A stretch of 60,480 nucleotides of DNA from an uncultured bacterium (GTDB lineage: Bacteria > RBG-13-66-14): assembly GCA_964577465.1 (NCBI GenBank), contig CAZNZF010000001.1:1-60480 (forward strand), in the 5' to 3' direction. Below are positions 16,626 through 24,813 of this stretch, piece by piece. The position numbers and the translations under genes were made by a program. The notes below the pieces were generated by a model. That model saw only the letters and a program-made list of their open reading frames with translations. It had not been told where the DNA came from and did not search any database. The stretch's first letter is position 1. Each line of letters starts with the position of its first letter.

Positions 16626-17983
16626 CCTCTCCGCGAATTCTGGCGGAACAGGCCGCGCATCCAGTACACCGGGCGCTTGAACCCGGTCTCGCCCAGATGG
16701 GACACCAGCGGCTGGACGTAGCTGTCCGTCCGCCGGCTCATCCGCAGGAAGAGGAAGGCCGCCGCCACCCGGAGGGCGCCGGAGATGACGAAGACGAGCT
16801 GATAGCCGGTGGGCCAGCCGCCGGCGAGGGGCACGGTGCCTCCGATGAGCTTCGCCACGGCGCCGCCCGTCATCGAGCCGCCGAAGTACCCCAGGCCGGA
16901 GAGCACCGCCACCAGTGCGATGGCGTAGGGGCGGCTCTTCTTCGTGGCGATGGCCAGCGGAGCGGCGAAGACCGCCAGGTTCATCGCCGACCAGAACGCC
17001 CCGGACAGTACCGCCTCGGGCCATACGGGCCAGCTGAACCCCGGGCCGGTCGCGCTCCAGACCAGCGGAAAGAGGCCCAGCACGACCCCGCAGGTCGCCA
17101 GGACCGCCCGGGCGCCGAAGCGGTCCAGCGCCCGGCCCCAGAACCGGTTGGTGACCAGGACCGCCACCGTCACGATGACGCCGTACGCCTGGATGGTGGT
17201 GTAGGAGAAGCCGAGGTAGTTCAGGGCGTGGGGCAGGAAGAACGGGCCGCCCACGCCGATGGCGAAGTTCCAGCACACGACGGCGAAGAGGAACCGCCGG
17301 AGGTTGTCGTTGTCCACGGCGTCCCGCAGCCCCCGGAAGATGTTGAACTCGGTCCTGTTCTGCCGGGGTGAGGGCGGGTATTTGGCCAGGAGGTACACGC
17401 TCACCGCGCCGCCCGCCACCGCCGCGCCGAAAACGATGACGTGCGCCAGGGCGAGGTGGCCCTCCCCCAGAAGGTCCACGAGCGCCGCGGCGCCCAGACC
17501 GGCGGCGAGCCCCGTCGCGCCGGTGAAGATGTTGCGGGTGCCGAAGTACCTCCCCCGGATGGTGACCGGGACGAAGTCGGCGGACCAGGAGACCCAGGCG
17601 TTTTCCAGGGGCGCCGCGAAGGCGTAGCTGACGGCCGCGGTGAACACGAGCAGCATGAGGCGCGTGTCCGAATCCAGGGGCAGGATGAGGAGCACCGCCG
17701 GAACGACCCACACCATGCGGTGCACGGCGGAGGTCCAGATGAAAATCGGCCGGTGCCGCACCCCTCGGGAGATGAGGTAGGCCGAGAGGAGCTGGAGGGG
17801 ACGGAACAGGAAGGGCAGGGAGCCCAGGAGCCCCAGCATGAGCTCGTCGGCCCCCAGCTTGATGGCGAAGCCGGTGAAGACGACACCGGCGGCGATGGAG
17901 AGGTGGAACTGGGCCAGGCAGCCTTCCCAGGTGCATAGGGCCAGGTCGCGCCTGAGCTGCCCGCGGTCGAGCTCCACGTTCAA
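16622..17983 (-). CDS. MFS transporter
   Basis: About 453-aa polytopic ORF with roughly 12 TM segments. The TTG start at 17983 overlaps the upstream stop; an alternative GTG lies at 17977. The track ORF's N-terminal extension overlaps the phosphatase gene. Confidence 0.8.
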   Translation of the reverse strand: MNVELDRGQLRRDLALCTWEGCLAQFHLSIAAGVVFTGFAIKLGADELMLGLLGSLPFLFRPLQLLSAYLISRGVRHRPIFIWTSAVHRMVWVVPAVLLILPLDSDTRLMLLVFTAAVSYAFAAPLENAWVSWSADFVPVTIRGRYFGTRNIFTGATGLAAGLGAAALVDLLGEGHLALAHVIVFGAAVAGGAVSVYLLAKYPPSPRQNRTEFNIFRGLRDAVDNDNLRRFLFAVVCWNFAIGVGGPFFLPHALNYLGFSYTTIQAYGVIVTVAVLVTNRFWGRALDRFGARAVLATCGVVLGLFPLVWSATGPGFSWPVWPEAVLSGAFWSAMNLAVFAAPLAIATKKSRPYAIALVAVLSGLGYFGGSMTGGAVAKLIGGTVPLAGGWPTGYQLVFVISGALRVAAAFLFLRMSRRTDSYVQPLVSHLGETGFKRPVYWMRGLFRQNSRRG

Positions 17984-18645
17984 GCCTTGGGGAAGAGGGG
18001 CGGGAAGGGGTCCGAGCGGAGCTCCGGGGGGAGGTGCTCCCGGTCGTTGAACGAGGCGAGGTTCGGCTGCTCGCCCTGCCAGACGACCCGCGAGAAGCAC
18101 GCGTTGTCAAGGCGGAACCGGATCCAGCCGTCGAAGGGAATGCCCAGGACCCGGGCGAGGAAGTGGGAGAGTATACCCCCGTGGGCCGCGACGAGGGCCC
18201 GGTTCCACTCCCCGCCCAGAACCTTCTCCAGCGCAACCGAGGCCCGCTCGTAAACGTCCCGGCGGGACTCGCCCCCCGGGAAGCGGTACTCGCCCCGGCG
18301 GTACGTATCCGGGTCAATTCCGGGCAGGAAATGCGCGTGGAACTCAGCATAGGTCTGGTTGGCCGCCGTCCCCAGGTCGATTTCTTCCAGCTCGTCGATG
18401 ACCACGGAACGCGGTATCTGTACCCGAAGGGAAAGCCCCCGCTCGAATGCAGGGGCCAGGGTCGCCGCCACCCTCCCGGCCGGCGAAGTGTAAACGGCGT
18501 CGACGCCGAGATTCACCAGCACGTCGGTCAGAGCCAGGGCCTGCCGAACGCCGCGTGCGGAAAGGGGGTAATCCGTCCGACCCTGGAGGATACCCCGCTC
18601 GTTGGCCGTCGTCTCGGCGTGTCGAAGTAAATATAGCTCTTTCAA
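17980..18645 (-). CDS. Histidine phosphatase family protein (phosphoglycerate mutase/CobC-like)
   Basis: 221-aa ORF starting (TTG)KELYLLRHAETTAN, which is the RHG-type catalytic motif. A second His region reads VAAHGG. Confidence 0.85.
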   Translation of the reverse strand: MKELYLLRHAETTANERGILQGRTDYPLSARGVRQALALTDVLVNLGVDAVYTSPAGRVAATLAPAFERGLSLRVQIPRSVVIDELEEIDLGTAANQTYAEFHAHFLPGIDPDTYRRGEYRFPGGESRRDVYERASVALEKVLGGEWNRALVAAHGGILSHFLARVLGIPFDGWIRFRLDNACFSRVVWQGEQPNLASFNDREHLPPELRSDPFPPLFPKA

Positions 18646-19130
18646 TGTAATATAGATTTATATTTTTCAAACAACTTAACTATACATTTACTCAAACTAG
18701 AATCATTAACCAACACAATCCCAACCCCGCCACCTTGGAACCGATTTAGTATATTTCGGCATCTAAAAGTTGTGTGCGAAGCGAATAGCTGATAATGAAA
18801 AAGACTAGTAATTTCACATTCCTTTTGAATAGCTTCATTATATTTATCAATAAGTAGCGGAATATCAATTGTATTATTTGAAATAATTATATAATCAATA
18901 TCAGAAGGTTTTTCCTTTGAACTTACAAAGCTCCCTCCAAAATACAATCTTTGTATTTGAGCTTTTTGTATAATTTGATAATGAGCACATACAAATACAG
19001 CAAAAAGCTTTTTACGCCAATCGTTAAATGTAAAACAATCATCAATATCGTTGAGAGTGCATTGATGCTCACCTTTTGGTAAGCATAACACCCCCTTATG
19101 TGAATTGTAGTTCAGCGTCGGAATAGGCAT
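18642..19130 (-). CDS. DUF6932-like minimal nucleotidyltransferase (pol-beta fold), AT-rich island
   Basis: ATG at 19130 (the track ORF extends to a TTG at 19151). The N-terminus reads MPIPTLNY..G.LP.G.H.CTL, and GGSFVSSKEKPSDIDYII matches the GS...DxD NTase signature. Composition is strikingly AT-rich compared with the flanks. Confidence 0.55.
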   Translation of the reverse strand: MPIPTLNYNSHKGVLCLPKGEHQCTLNDIDDCFTFNDWRKKLFAVFVCAHYQIIQKAQIQRLYFGGSFVSSKEKPSDIDYIIISNNTIDIPLLIDKYNEAIQKECEITSLFHYQLFASHTTFRCRNILNRFQGGGVGIVLVNDSSLSKCIVKLFEKYKSILH

Positions 19131-19169
19131 TGCTGAAGAGGGGGTGAGCAAATGCCCACCCCCGTCGAC

Positions 19170-19793
19170 CTAGAACCGCTCGTGGACCTTGGCCATGGCG
19201 GCGTTGAGATCGGTGGGAACCCCCTCGAGGAGGTTCTTGACGGCGTTCCGGGTCTCCCGCACGAACCCCTCGTCCTTGAGCCCGCCGAGGTTGATTTCCA
19301 CGTTGAGAATCGCCCCGTTTATACCGGCGGTCAACAGGAGCGCGCCGACCCCGATGTCGCTGACGGCGTTCTGGTTTCCGATGAGCGCCAGCCGGGGCGC
19401 CCGGGTCAGGAGGCGGCGGCTCAGGCGGGCCACCTCGAGGGGCACCTCGATGGCCCGCTTCGTGCATTTCTGGATTTCCTTCCCGCGGGCCCTCTTCTCC
19501 TCGGGGCTTGCCTTGGGCAGCTTGAAGGAGGCCATCAGGGCGTTGAAGGCCTCGGTATCCTCGTCAATCAGCACGCGGAGCCGGTCGGCGGCCTCGGCTA
19601 TTCCTACGAGCTCCCCCCGGCACTCGTCCCAGAACTCCTCGTACCCCTTCTTCCCCGCGGTCAACTGGCAGACCATGGCCAGGAGGTTCGCCCCCAGACC
19701 GGCCGCCAGAGCCGCCGAGGAGCCTCCCCCGGGGGCCGGTTCCTTGCTGCCGAGCTTTTTCAGGAAATCCGTGATGGTGAGGTCCGTCAGCAT
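19170..19793 (-). CDS. Formimidoyltetrahydrofolate cyclodeaminase (FtcD C-domain-type, stand-alone)
   Basis: 207-aa ORF with the PAPGGGSSAALAAGLGANL motif of the cyclodeaminase/cyclohydrolase family. Confidence 0.85.
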   Translation of the reverse strand: MLTDLTITDFLKKLGSKEPAPGGGSSAALAAGLGANLLAMVCQLTAGKKGYEEFWDECRGELVGIAEAADRLRVLIDEDTEAFNALMASFKLPKASPEEKRARGKEIQKCTKRAIEVPLEVARLSRRLLTRAPRLALIGNQNAVSDIGVGALLLTAGINGAILNVEINLGGLKDEGFVRETRNAVKNLLEGVPTDLNAAMAKVHERF

Positions 19794-19842
19794 CCGTTGC
19801 TCCTTCGCGTAACGGGGGGCCCGGCGTATAAAGCCGTATACG

Positions 19843-21192
19843 TCAACTGAAGAGGTCGGAGAACCGCTGTGTTTTGGGTCGGGTTTCGTCGGGCTGCCGC
19901 CGCCGGTCCACGAGCCGGCCCCGTTTGATGACGGAGACGACGTGGTTCACGCCCCAGGCGTAGATGAGATCCTCGGGCGTGCCCACGTTCAGGATGATGA
20001 TGTCGGCCTGCTTGCCCGGTTCGAGACTGCCCAGCTCTTTTTCGCGCCCCACGGCGTAAGCGGCGTTCACCGTGACGGCGTTGAGCGCCTCGCAAACCGT
20101 CAGGCCGCACCGCATCACCCCGAGCTCGATGACCCGCCCCATGGAGAGGGTGTGGGAGGAGCCGGGATTGTGGTCCGAGGCCAGGGCGACGATGGCCCCC
20201 GCGTCCACCAGCTTGCGCCCCGGCGCGTACCTCTCCCCGAAGAGGAAGAAGGTGGTCGCGGGCAGCAGGACCGCCGCGGTCTTCGAGTTCGCCAGAAGCC
20301 CGATTTCCTCGTCGCTTATGTAGGGCAGGTGATCCACGCTGCGGGCGCCGAGCTCGATGCCCAGGCGGGTGCCCCCCGAGGGGGAGAGTTCGTCGGCGTG
20401 GACCTTGGGCAGCAGGCCGTGGGCCTGGCCCGCCTGGAGGATGCGGCGGCTCTCCTCCACGGTGAAGGCGTCCCGCTCGCAGAAAACGTCGCAGAACTCG
20501 GCCAGCTCAAGGGCGGCCACCTTGGGAATCATCTTCTCGCAGACCAGGTCCACGTAGCCCCCGCGGTCCCCGGCATACTCGCGGGGCAGGGCGTGGGCGC
20601 CGAGGAAGGTCGGCACCAGCTCCCACGGACCCTCGGCGTCGAGCTCTTTAATCGCCTGAAGGATGGCCATCTCACCGGCTACGGAGAGGCCGTAGCCCGA
20701 CTTGGCCTCGAAGGTGGTCACCCCGGCGAAGAACATGCTCCACAGCCTGCCCCGGGCGCTCTCGACGAGGTCGGACACGCGCATCTTGCGGGTGGCGTCC
20801 ACGGTGGCCTGGATTCCTCCGCCGGCGGCCTGCAGCTCCTCGTAACTCGCGCCGCCCAGCCGCTTCAAAAACTCGTCGGCCCGGTTCCCGCCGTACACCG
20901 GGTGGGTGTGCGCATCCACCATGCCGGGCATGACCATCCCGCCGCGGGCGTCGAGGAGGGTGGTGGGGGGGCCGCCAAGCTGCATGATGTCGGTCACGGA
21001 GCCCACGGCCGTAATCCGGCTGCCGGTGACGGCCACGGCTCCGTCGGGGACGGCGTGGACGTCGTCCTGTTCCGGACCCCTCCGGGGTTCCTTCCCGGCG
21101 CAGGTCAGGACCAGCGAGGCGTTGTGGACGATGAGGTCGGGGAAGCCGTCGTCCCGGTCTCTCACCAACGGGGGTTTGGGCGGGTTCATCAT
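19843..21192 (-). CDS. hutI: Imidazolonepropionase
   Basis: 449-aa amidohydrolase ORF with VDAHTHPVYGG and the downstream His/Asp metal ligands in HutI order. Confidence 0.9.
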   Translation of the reverse strand: MMNPPKPPLVRDRDDGFPDLIVHNASLVLTCAGKEPRRGPEQDDVHAVPDGAVAVTGSRITAVGSVTDIMQLGGPPTTLLDARGGMVMPGMVDAHTHPVYGGNRADEFLKRLGGASYEELQAAGGGIQATVDATRKMRVSDLVESARGRLWSMFFAGVTTFEAKSGYGLSVAGEMAILQAIKELDAEGPWELVPTFLGAHALPREYAGDRGGYVDLVCEKMIPKVAALELAEFCDVFCERDAFTVEESRRILQAGQAHGLLPKVHADELSPSGGTRLGIELGARSVDHLPYISDEEIGLLANSKTAAVLLPATTFFLFGERYAPGRKLVDAGAIVALASDHNPGSSHTLSMGRVIELGVMRCGLTVCEALNAVTVNAAYAVGREKELGSLEPGKQADIIILNVGTPEDLIYAWGVNHVVSVIKRGRLVDRRRQPDETRPKTQRFSDLFS

Positions 21193-22164
21193 TTAAATTT
21201 GGAAGTCGATGATTTGGGTGTTCTTCAGGTTGTCCACCTGCATGTACCACTTGGCGGAATCGATAAAGGCGTCGGCGGGGGCGAGCCCGATGAGCTCGGT
21301 CTGGATGATGGGAACGCCGTAGCGGGCCGCCTCGCGCCGGATGGTCTCCACGACGCGGAAGAGCGGGGTCTTGGTGTAGTCCAGAAAATTCATCGAGATT
21401 TGGACCATGCCCGTCTTCCGGGTGAAGGAGCCCCGGTGGGTGACCATGGCGCCGAGCTCGTCGTAGCTCTTGACGTCGACGGGACCCTCCTCGCGGTCCT
21501 CGAGGTAGAAACCCGCCCCCTGGATGTTGATGAAGCCGCCCGAGGAGCCGCGGATGGCCTTGGCAATGCGCCTGCCGATTCCGACGTCGGTGGTGCCCAG
21601 GTTGACGTTGAAGGCGATGAGGAAGGGTCGGGCGCCCATGATGGTCGCACCGGCGGTGGGGTGCGGCGAGTCCGGGCCGAAATCGGGCTTCCACAGCGGG
21701 TCTTTCATCTTCGCGGCCAGGCCCTCGTACTCCCCCTTGCGGATGTCGGACTGGCTCTGGCGGTGCGGCGCCGTCGCCGACTCGCGGTACAGGTACACCG
21801 GCACGCCGAACTTGTCCGCCACTGCCCCGGCGCACTCCTTGGCCAGCGCGTCGCAGTCGGACATCTGCGCGTCGCGCACCGGCACGTAGGGGGAGACGTC
21901 CACCGCGCCGATGCGCGAGTGCTCGCCCGAGTGGTGGTTCATGTCGATGAGCTCGACGGCCCGGTTGTAGAGGGCCAGCGTGGCCTCCTTCAATCCTTTG
22001 AAGCCGCCGACACAGGTGATGACCGAGCGGTTGTGATCCGGGTCGGAGGAGAAATCCAGGAGCTTGACGCCCTCGATGGACCGCAGGGGCTCGACACAGG
22101 ACTTGACCACGTCGGCCCGCCGGCCCTCGCTGATGTTGGGGACCCACTCGATGAGCGCCGCCAT
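21193..22164 (-). CDS. Glutamate formimidoyltransferase (FtcD N-domain-type, stand-alone)
   Basis: 323-aa ORF starting ...WVPNISEGRR, characteristic of formiminotransferases. It abuts the hutI start. Confidence 0.9.
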   Translation of the reverse strand: MAALIEWVPNISEGRRADVVKSCVEPLRSIEGVKLLDFSSDPDHNRSVITCVGGFKGLKEATLALYNRAVELIDMNHHSGEHSRIGAVDVSPYVPVRDAQMSDCDALAKECAGAVADKFGVPVYLYRESATAPHRQSQSDIRKGEYEGLAAKMKDPLWKPDFGPDSPHPTAGATIMGARPFLIAFNVNLGTTDVGIGRRIAKAIRGSSGGFINIQGAGFYLEDREEGPVDVKSYDELGAMVTHRGSFTRKTGMVQISMNFLDYTKTPLFRVVETIRREAARYGVPIIQTELIGLAPADAFIDSAKWYMQVDNLKNTQIIDFQI

Positions 22165-22283
22165 TTACCCTCCTCCCCGCACCGAAGACGTTCCCGCCGC
22201 CCGTTTCCGCAACGACGCAACCGCATAACTGCGCCGGCGAAGCCGGAAATCAGCATTATAACACGCGGACGGTCGGTCCCGGG

Positions 22284-23129
22284 TCACTCCACGGTGAAGG
22301 CCCCCGAGGCCGCCTCGGAGCCGTCGAGCTTCACCGTTATATTCCATTCGCCGGACTGCCACACGCCGGGCTCGGTGTAGCCCTTGCCGCCGATGACGCG
22401 CAGCGTGCCTTCACCGTCCGCGAAAACGGCGGAGCGCAGCTCCTCCCACCGCACCTCGCCGTCAGGGGCGGTCCAGACCACGGTGACCTCGTGGGCCTCC
22501 TCCGGGCCGCTCGACTCACGCGCGAGCTTCAGGACCCACACGACCATCTCGGTCTCGGCCAGGCCGAAGTGCGTCGCGGGGGAGGAATAATCGCCGTGGC
22601 GGTAGAAGTCGAGCGAGACGACCTCGGGCGGCCGAGTAGTCGGCTCCACCACCTCTACATCGACCGCTCCCGACTCGGCGCCTACGGCACCGGCCAGGGA
22701 TTTTGCCAGGTCCCGGCAGGCCCAGGGCAACTCGGCCGTCGTCCCCACGGTCACCGTTTCGCCCAGGACCGCCTCCGAAGATTCCACGTCCACCAGGCGG
22801 ACCGCCAGGGTGTACGTCTCGCCCAGGGCGGAGAGGGACCCCACGGCGATGTAGTCGGCGCCGGTCAGCGCGCCCAGCTCCGCGGCCTCGCCCGTCGTCA
22901 TGCCCGCCGCGGAGAGCGACCGCTCCTCCATAATCCGCGCCAGTTGCGCCCGCTCGATGACACGCACGTCGGGAAGCCCCACCAGCTCCGTGCGCAGAAT
23001 CTCCGCCACCGCCAGGGCCTGGTCGGGGAAGACGCCCAGCGGCTGGAAGTCGGTCACGGCCAGGGTTATCGGCTCCGCGGCGACCGTCAGCCCGGCGGCG
23101 AACAGAAGGAAAAGGGCCGCTCGGCGCAT
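22284..23129 (-). CDS. Secreted CsgG/LpoB/FlgO-like domain protein
   Basis: 281-aa ORF with a signal peptide. The N-domain (ITLAVTDF...LRTELV...VIERAQL..I..E...S..G) resembles the CsgG/LpoB-type fold. The C-terminal half was not recognised. Confidence 0.5.
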   Translation of the reverse strand: MRRAALFLLFAAGLTVAAEPITLAVTDFQPLGVFPDQALAVAEILRTELVGLPDVRVIERAQLARIMEERSLSAAGMTTGEAAELGALTGADYIAVGSLSALGETYTLAVRLVDVESSEAVLGETVTVGTTAELPWACRDLAKSLAGAVGAESGAVDVEVVEPTTRPPEVVSLDFYRHGDYSSPATHFGLAETEMVVWVLKLARESSGPEEAHEVTVVWTAPDGEVRWEELRSAVFADGEGTLRVIGGKGYTEPGVWQSGEWNITVKLDGSEAASGAFTVE

Positions 23130-23262
23130 TTTGACCTCCGTCTGTCCACCGATTATAGCATCAAACCGCCGGGGGTTACCCGGCGGCTCGGACGTTGAGG
23201 GCGGCTACGCAGAATGTATCTGCGACCGAAGGTAATCCTCCACGTGCCGCTACGGTTAAAAT

Positions 23263-23520
23263 GTAGGGCGGCCCTTCCACGGTCCGCCGCGTATTGCGAT
23301 GGCGTAGGGGCCGACCGACGGCACGCCGTTTAGGTCGGCCCGTATCAGGAACTAATGTAGGGCGGGGATTTTAATCCCCGCCGTTTTTTATCAAAGGAAG
23401 CCCTCACCCCCAACCCCGTCGGCGCGCCGCTCCCACAGGGAGAGGGGAACCGCCACACTTGCGGATTATGAAAATGCAGGGCGGCTCTGCGGGACGAGTC
23501 CTCCGCGGGCCACCGTTTTT
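23263..23520. repeat. REP/BIME-like cluster A (GTAGGGCGG-headed palindromes)
   Basis: Units lie at about 23263-23289, 23304-23341, 23357-23382 (GTAGGGCGGGGATTTTAATCCCCGCC) and 23474-23513 (variant head GCAGGGCGG). Each forms a GC-rich hairpin. Confidence 0.6.
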
Positions 23521-23533
23521 TGTAAATACAAGG

Positions 23534-23722
23534 TCAGGGCTGTTGCCGCTTGAACCGCCGCACCAGCCAGCGGACCGCGTAGTAGATAATCAAAACCCCG
23601 GCGACGATGAAAACGGCGGTCAGAAGCTCCGACCCCTCGCAGGATGTGCCTCAGGTCGAGCCCTGGGCCAGGGCCGTCACCGCGGACGACGCCAGCGCCA
23701 ACAATGCCGTAAACTTGACCAA
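23534..23722 (-). pseudogene. Small signal-peptide/TM-anchor ORF interrupted by an in-frame TGA
   Basis: The frame reads (TTG)VKFTALLALASSAVTALAQGST-TGA-GTSCEGSELLTAVFIVAGVLIIYYAVRWLVRRFKRQQP-TGA. High GC3 continues across the internal stop at 23651-23653. It is either a disrupted gene or a recoding candidate. Confidence 0.3.
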
Positions 23723-23846
23723 AGCGCGCCTTTACCTTCGACCTTTCCAGACCCCTACGCCGCCATTTTCAGTCCGGTTCCACCCCGTTCCCGGACAACA
23801 AAGAGGGGGCTCCACCGCCCCCTCCCGAATCGAACGAACTGAGGAA

Positions 23847-24785
23847 CTAGGCCCCTTCGCCGCACTTCAGCAGCAGCTCGTGCCAGCGCCGGTCTATCTC
23901 GGCCTGGATTTCGTCGATGACGTCCTGCCGCAGCTCCGGCTTGAACAGGTGGCGGAATCGACCCTGCCCCTGCAGCCAGTCCACGACCGGCTTCTTCTGT
24001 TTGGGCTTGAAGTTCAGCTTCCACTGGCCGTCGACGACCTCGTACAGCGGCCAGAAGCAGGTGTCCACCGCCAGCAAGCCGGTCTGGACCGTCTCGTTGG
24101 GGGAGATTTTCCAGCCCGGGATGCAGGGTGAGAGGCAGTTGATGAAACAGGGCCCGTCGGTGTAGAAGGCGGTGTGGGCTTTCCGGATGAGGTCGTTGGG
24201 CTTGGCGGGGATGGCCTGGGCCACGTAGGGCAGGCGGTGGGCGGCCAGAATCCCGGTCAGGTCCTTGTTGAACTGGGGCTTGCCGTAGGACACCTTGCCG
24301 GCGGGGGCGGTGGTGGTGCTGGCGCCGTGGGGCGTCGAGCCGGACCGCTGGTAGCCGGTGTTCATGTAGCCCTCGTTGTCGTAGCAGATGTACACCATAT
24401 TGTGCCCGCGCTCCATGGCCCCCGAAAGGCTCTGCAGGCCGATATCGTACGTGCCGCCGTCGCCGCCGAAGGCCAGGAATTTGAAGTTGTGGGGCATCTT
24501 GCCCCGCTTCTTCAGGGCGCGGTAGGCGGTCTCGACGCCGGAGCAGGTGGCCGCCGAGTTCTCGAAGGCGTTGTGGATGTAGGAGCACCGCCAGGCCGAG
24601 AACGGGTAGATGGTGGTGGAGACCTCCAAGCACCCCGTGGCCGCGGTGACGACGACCTCGTCCTCGGCGTCCAGGCTGTGGAGGACCTGGCGCATGAGCA
24701 TCGTGGCGCCGCAGCCCGCGCACATGCGGTGACCCCCGGAGAGCCGCTGCCGCGTCGTGAGGGCGATTTCCTTGAAACTGGCCAT
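23847..24785 (-). CDS. porB: 2-oxoacid (pyruvate):ferredoxin oxidoreductase, beta (TPP-binding) subunit
   Basis: 312-aa ORF with the GGHRMCAGCG N-terminal motif and the GGDGG TPP-binding region. Confidence 0.9.
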   Translation of the reverse strand: MASFKEIALTTRQRLSGGHRMCAGCGATMLMRQVLHSLDAEDEVVVTAATGCLEVSTTIYPFSAWRCSYIHNAFENSAATCSGVETAYRALKKRGKMPHNFKFLAFGGDGGTYDIGLQSLSGAMERGHNMVYICYDNEGYMNTGYQRSGSTPHGASTTTAPAGKVSYGKPQFNKDLTGILAAHRLPYVAQAIPAKPNDLIRKAHTAFYTDGPCFINCLSPCIPGWKISPNETVQTGLLAVDTCFWPLYEVVDGQWKLNFKPKQKKPVVDWLQGQGRFRHLFKPELRQDVIDEIQAEIDRRWHELLLKCGEGA

Positions 24786-24813
24786 ATCTCCTCCTCGGGC
24801 GTCGGGGCGCCCG

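Noticed and set aside
16626-18350. The upstream 575 codons of the 652-aa track ORF 16392-18350 (-).
   Set aside because: It lies in an alternate frame over the MFS and phosphatase genes and has a Pro/Arg/Gly-rich sequence. Only the last 77 codons after the MFS stop are considered, and those only tentatively.
19942-22380. An 812-aa plus-strand ORF, the longest uninterrupted frame in this part of the window.
   Set aside because: It is entirely antisense to hutI and the formimidoyltransferase gene. Its composition is the Gly/Arg/Val/Pro/His-rich pattern typical of antisense frames in GC-rich DNA, and no motif was recognised. The same reasoning removes 46279-48024(-), 24922-25914(+), 9164-10444(-), 41315-42295(-), 49823-50968(-), 59532-60425(-) and many others in the track.
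23651-23653. The in-frame TGA interpreted as genetic-code reassignment (UGA = Gly or Trp).
   Set aside because: TGA terminates many well-supported genes in this window, for example the phosphatase, MFS, etfB and several EPS genes. Genomes that reassign UGA are typically AT-rich. Only selenocysteine or a pseudogene remain as explanations.
23459-24131. Plus-strand ORFs 23459-23842 and 23607-24131.
   Set aside because: They run through REP-like hairpins and antisense to porB. Their composition is Arg/Pro/Gly-rich and no motifs were recognised.
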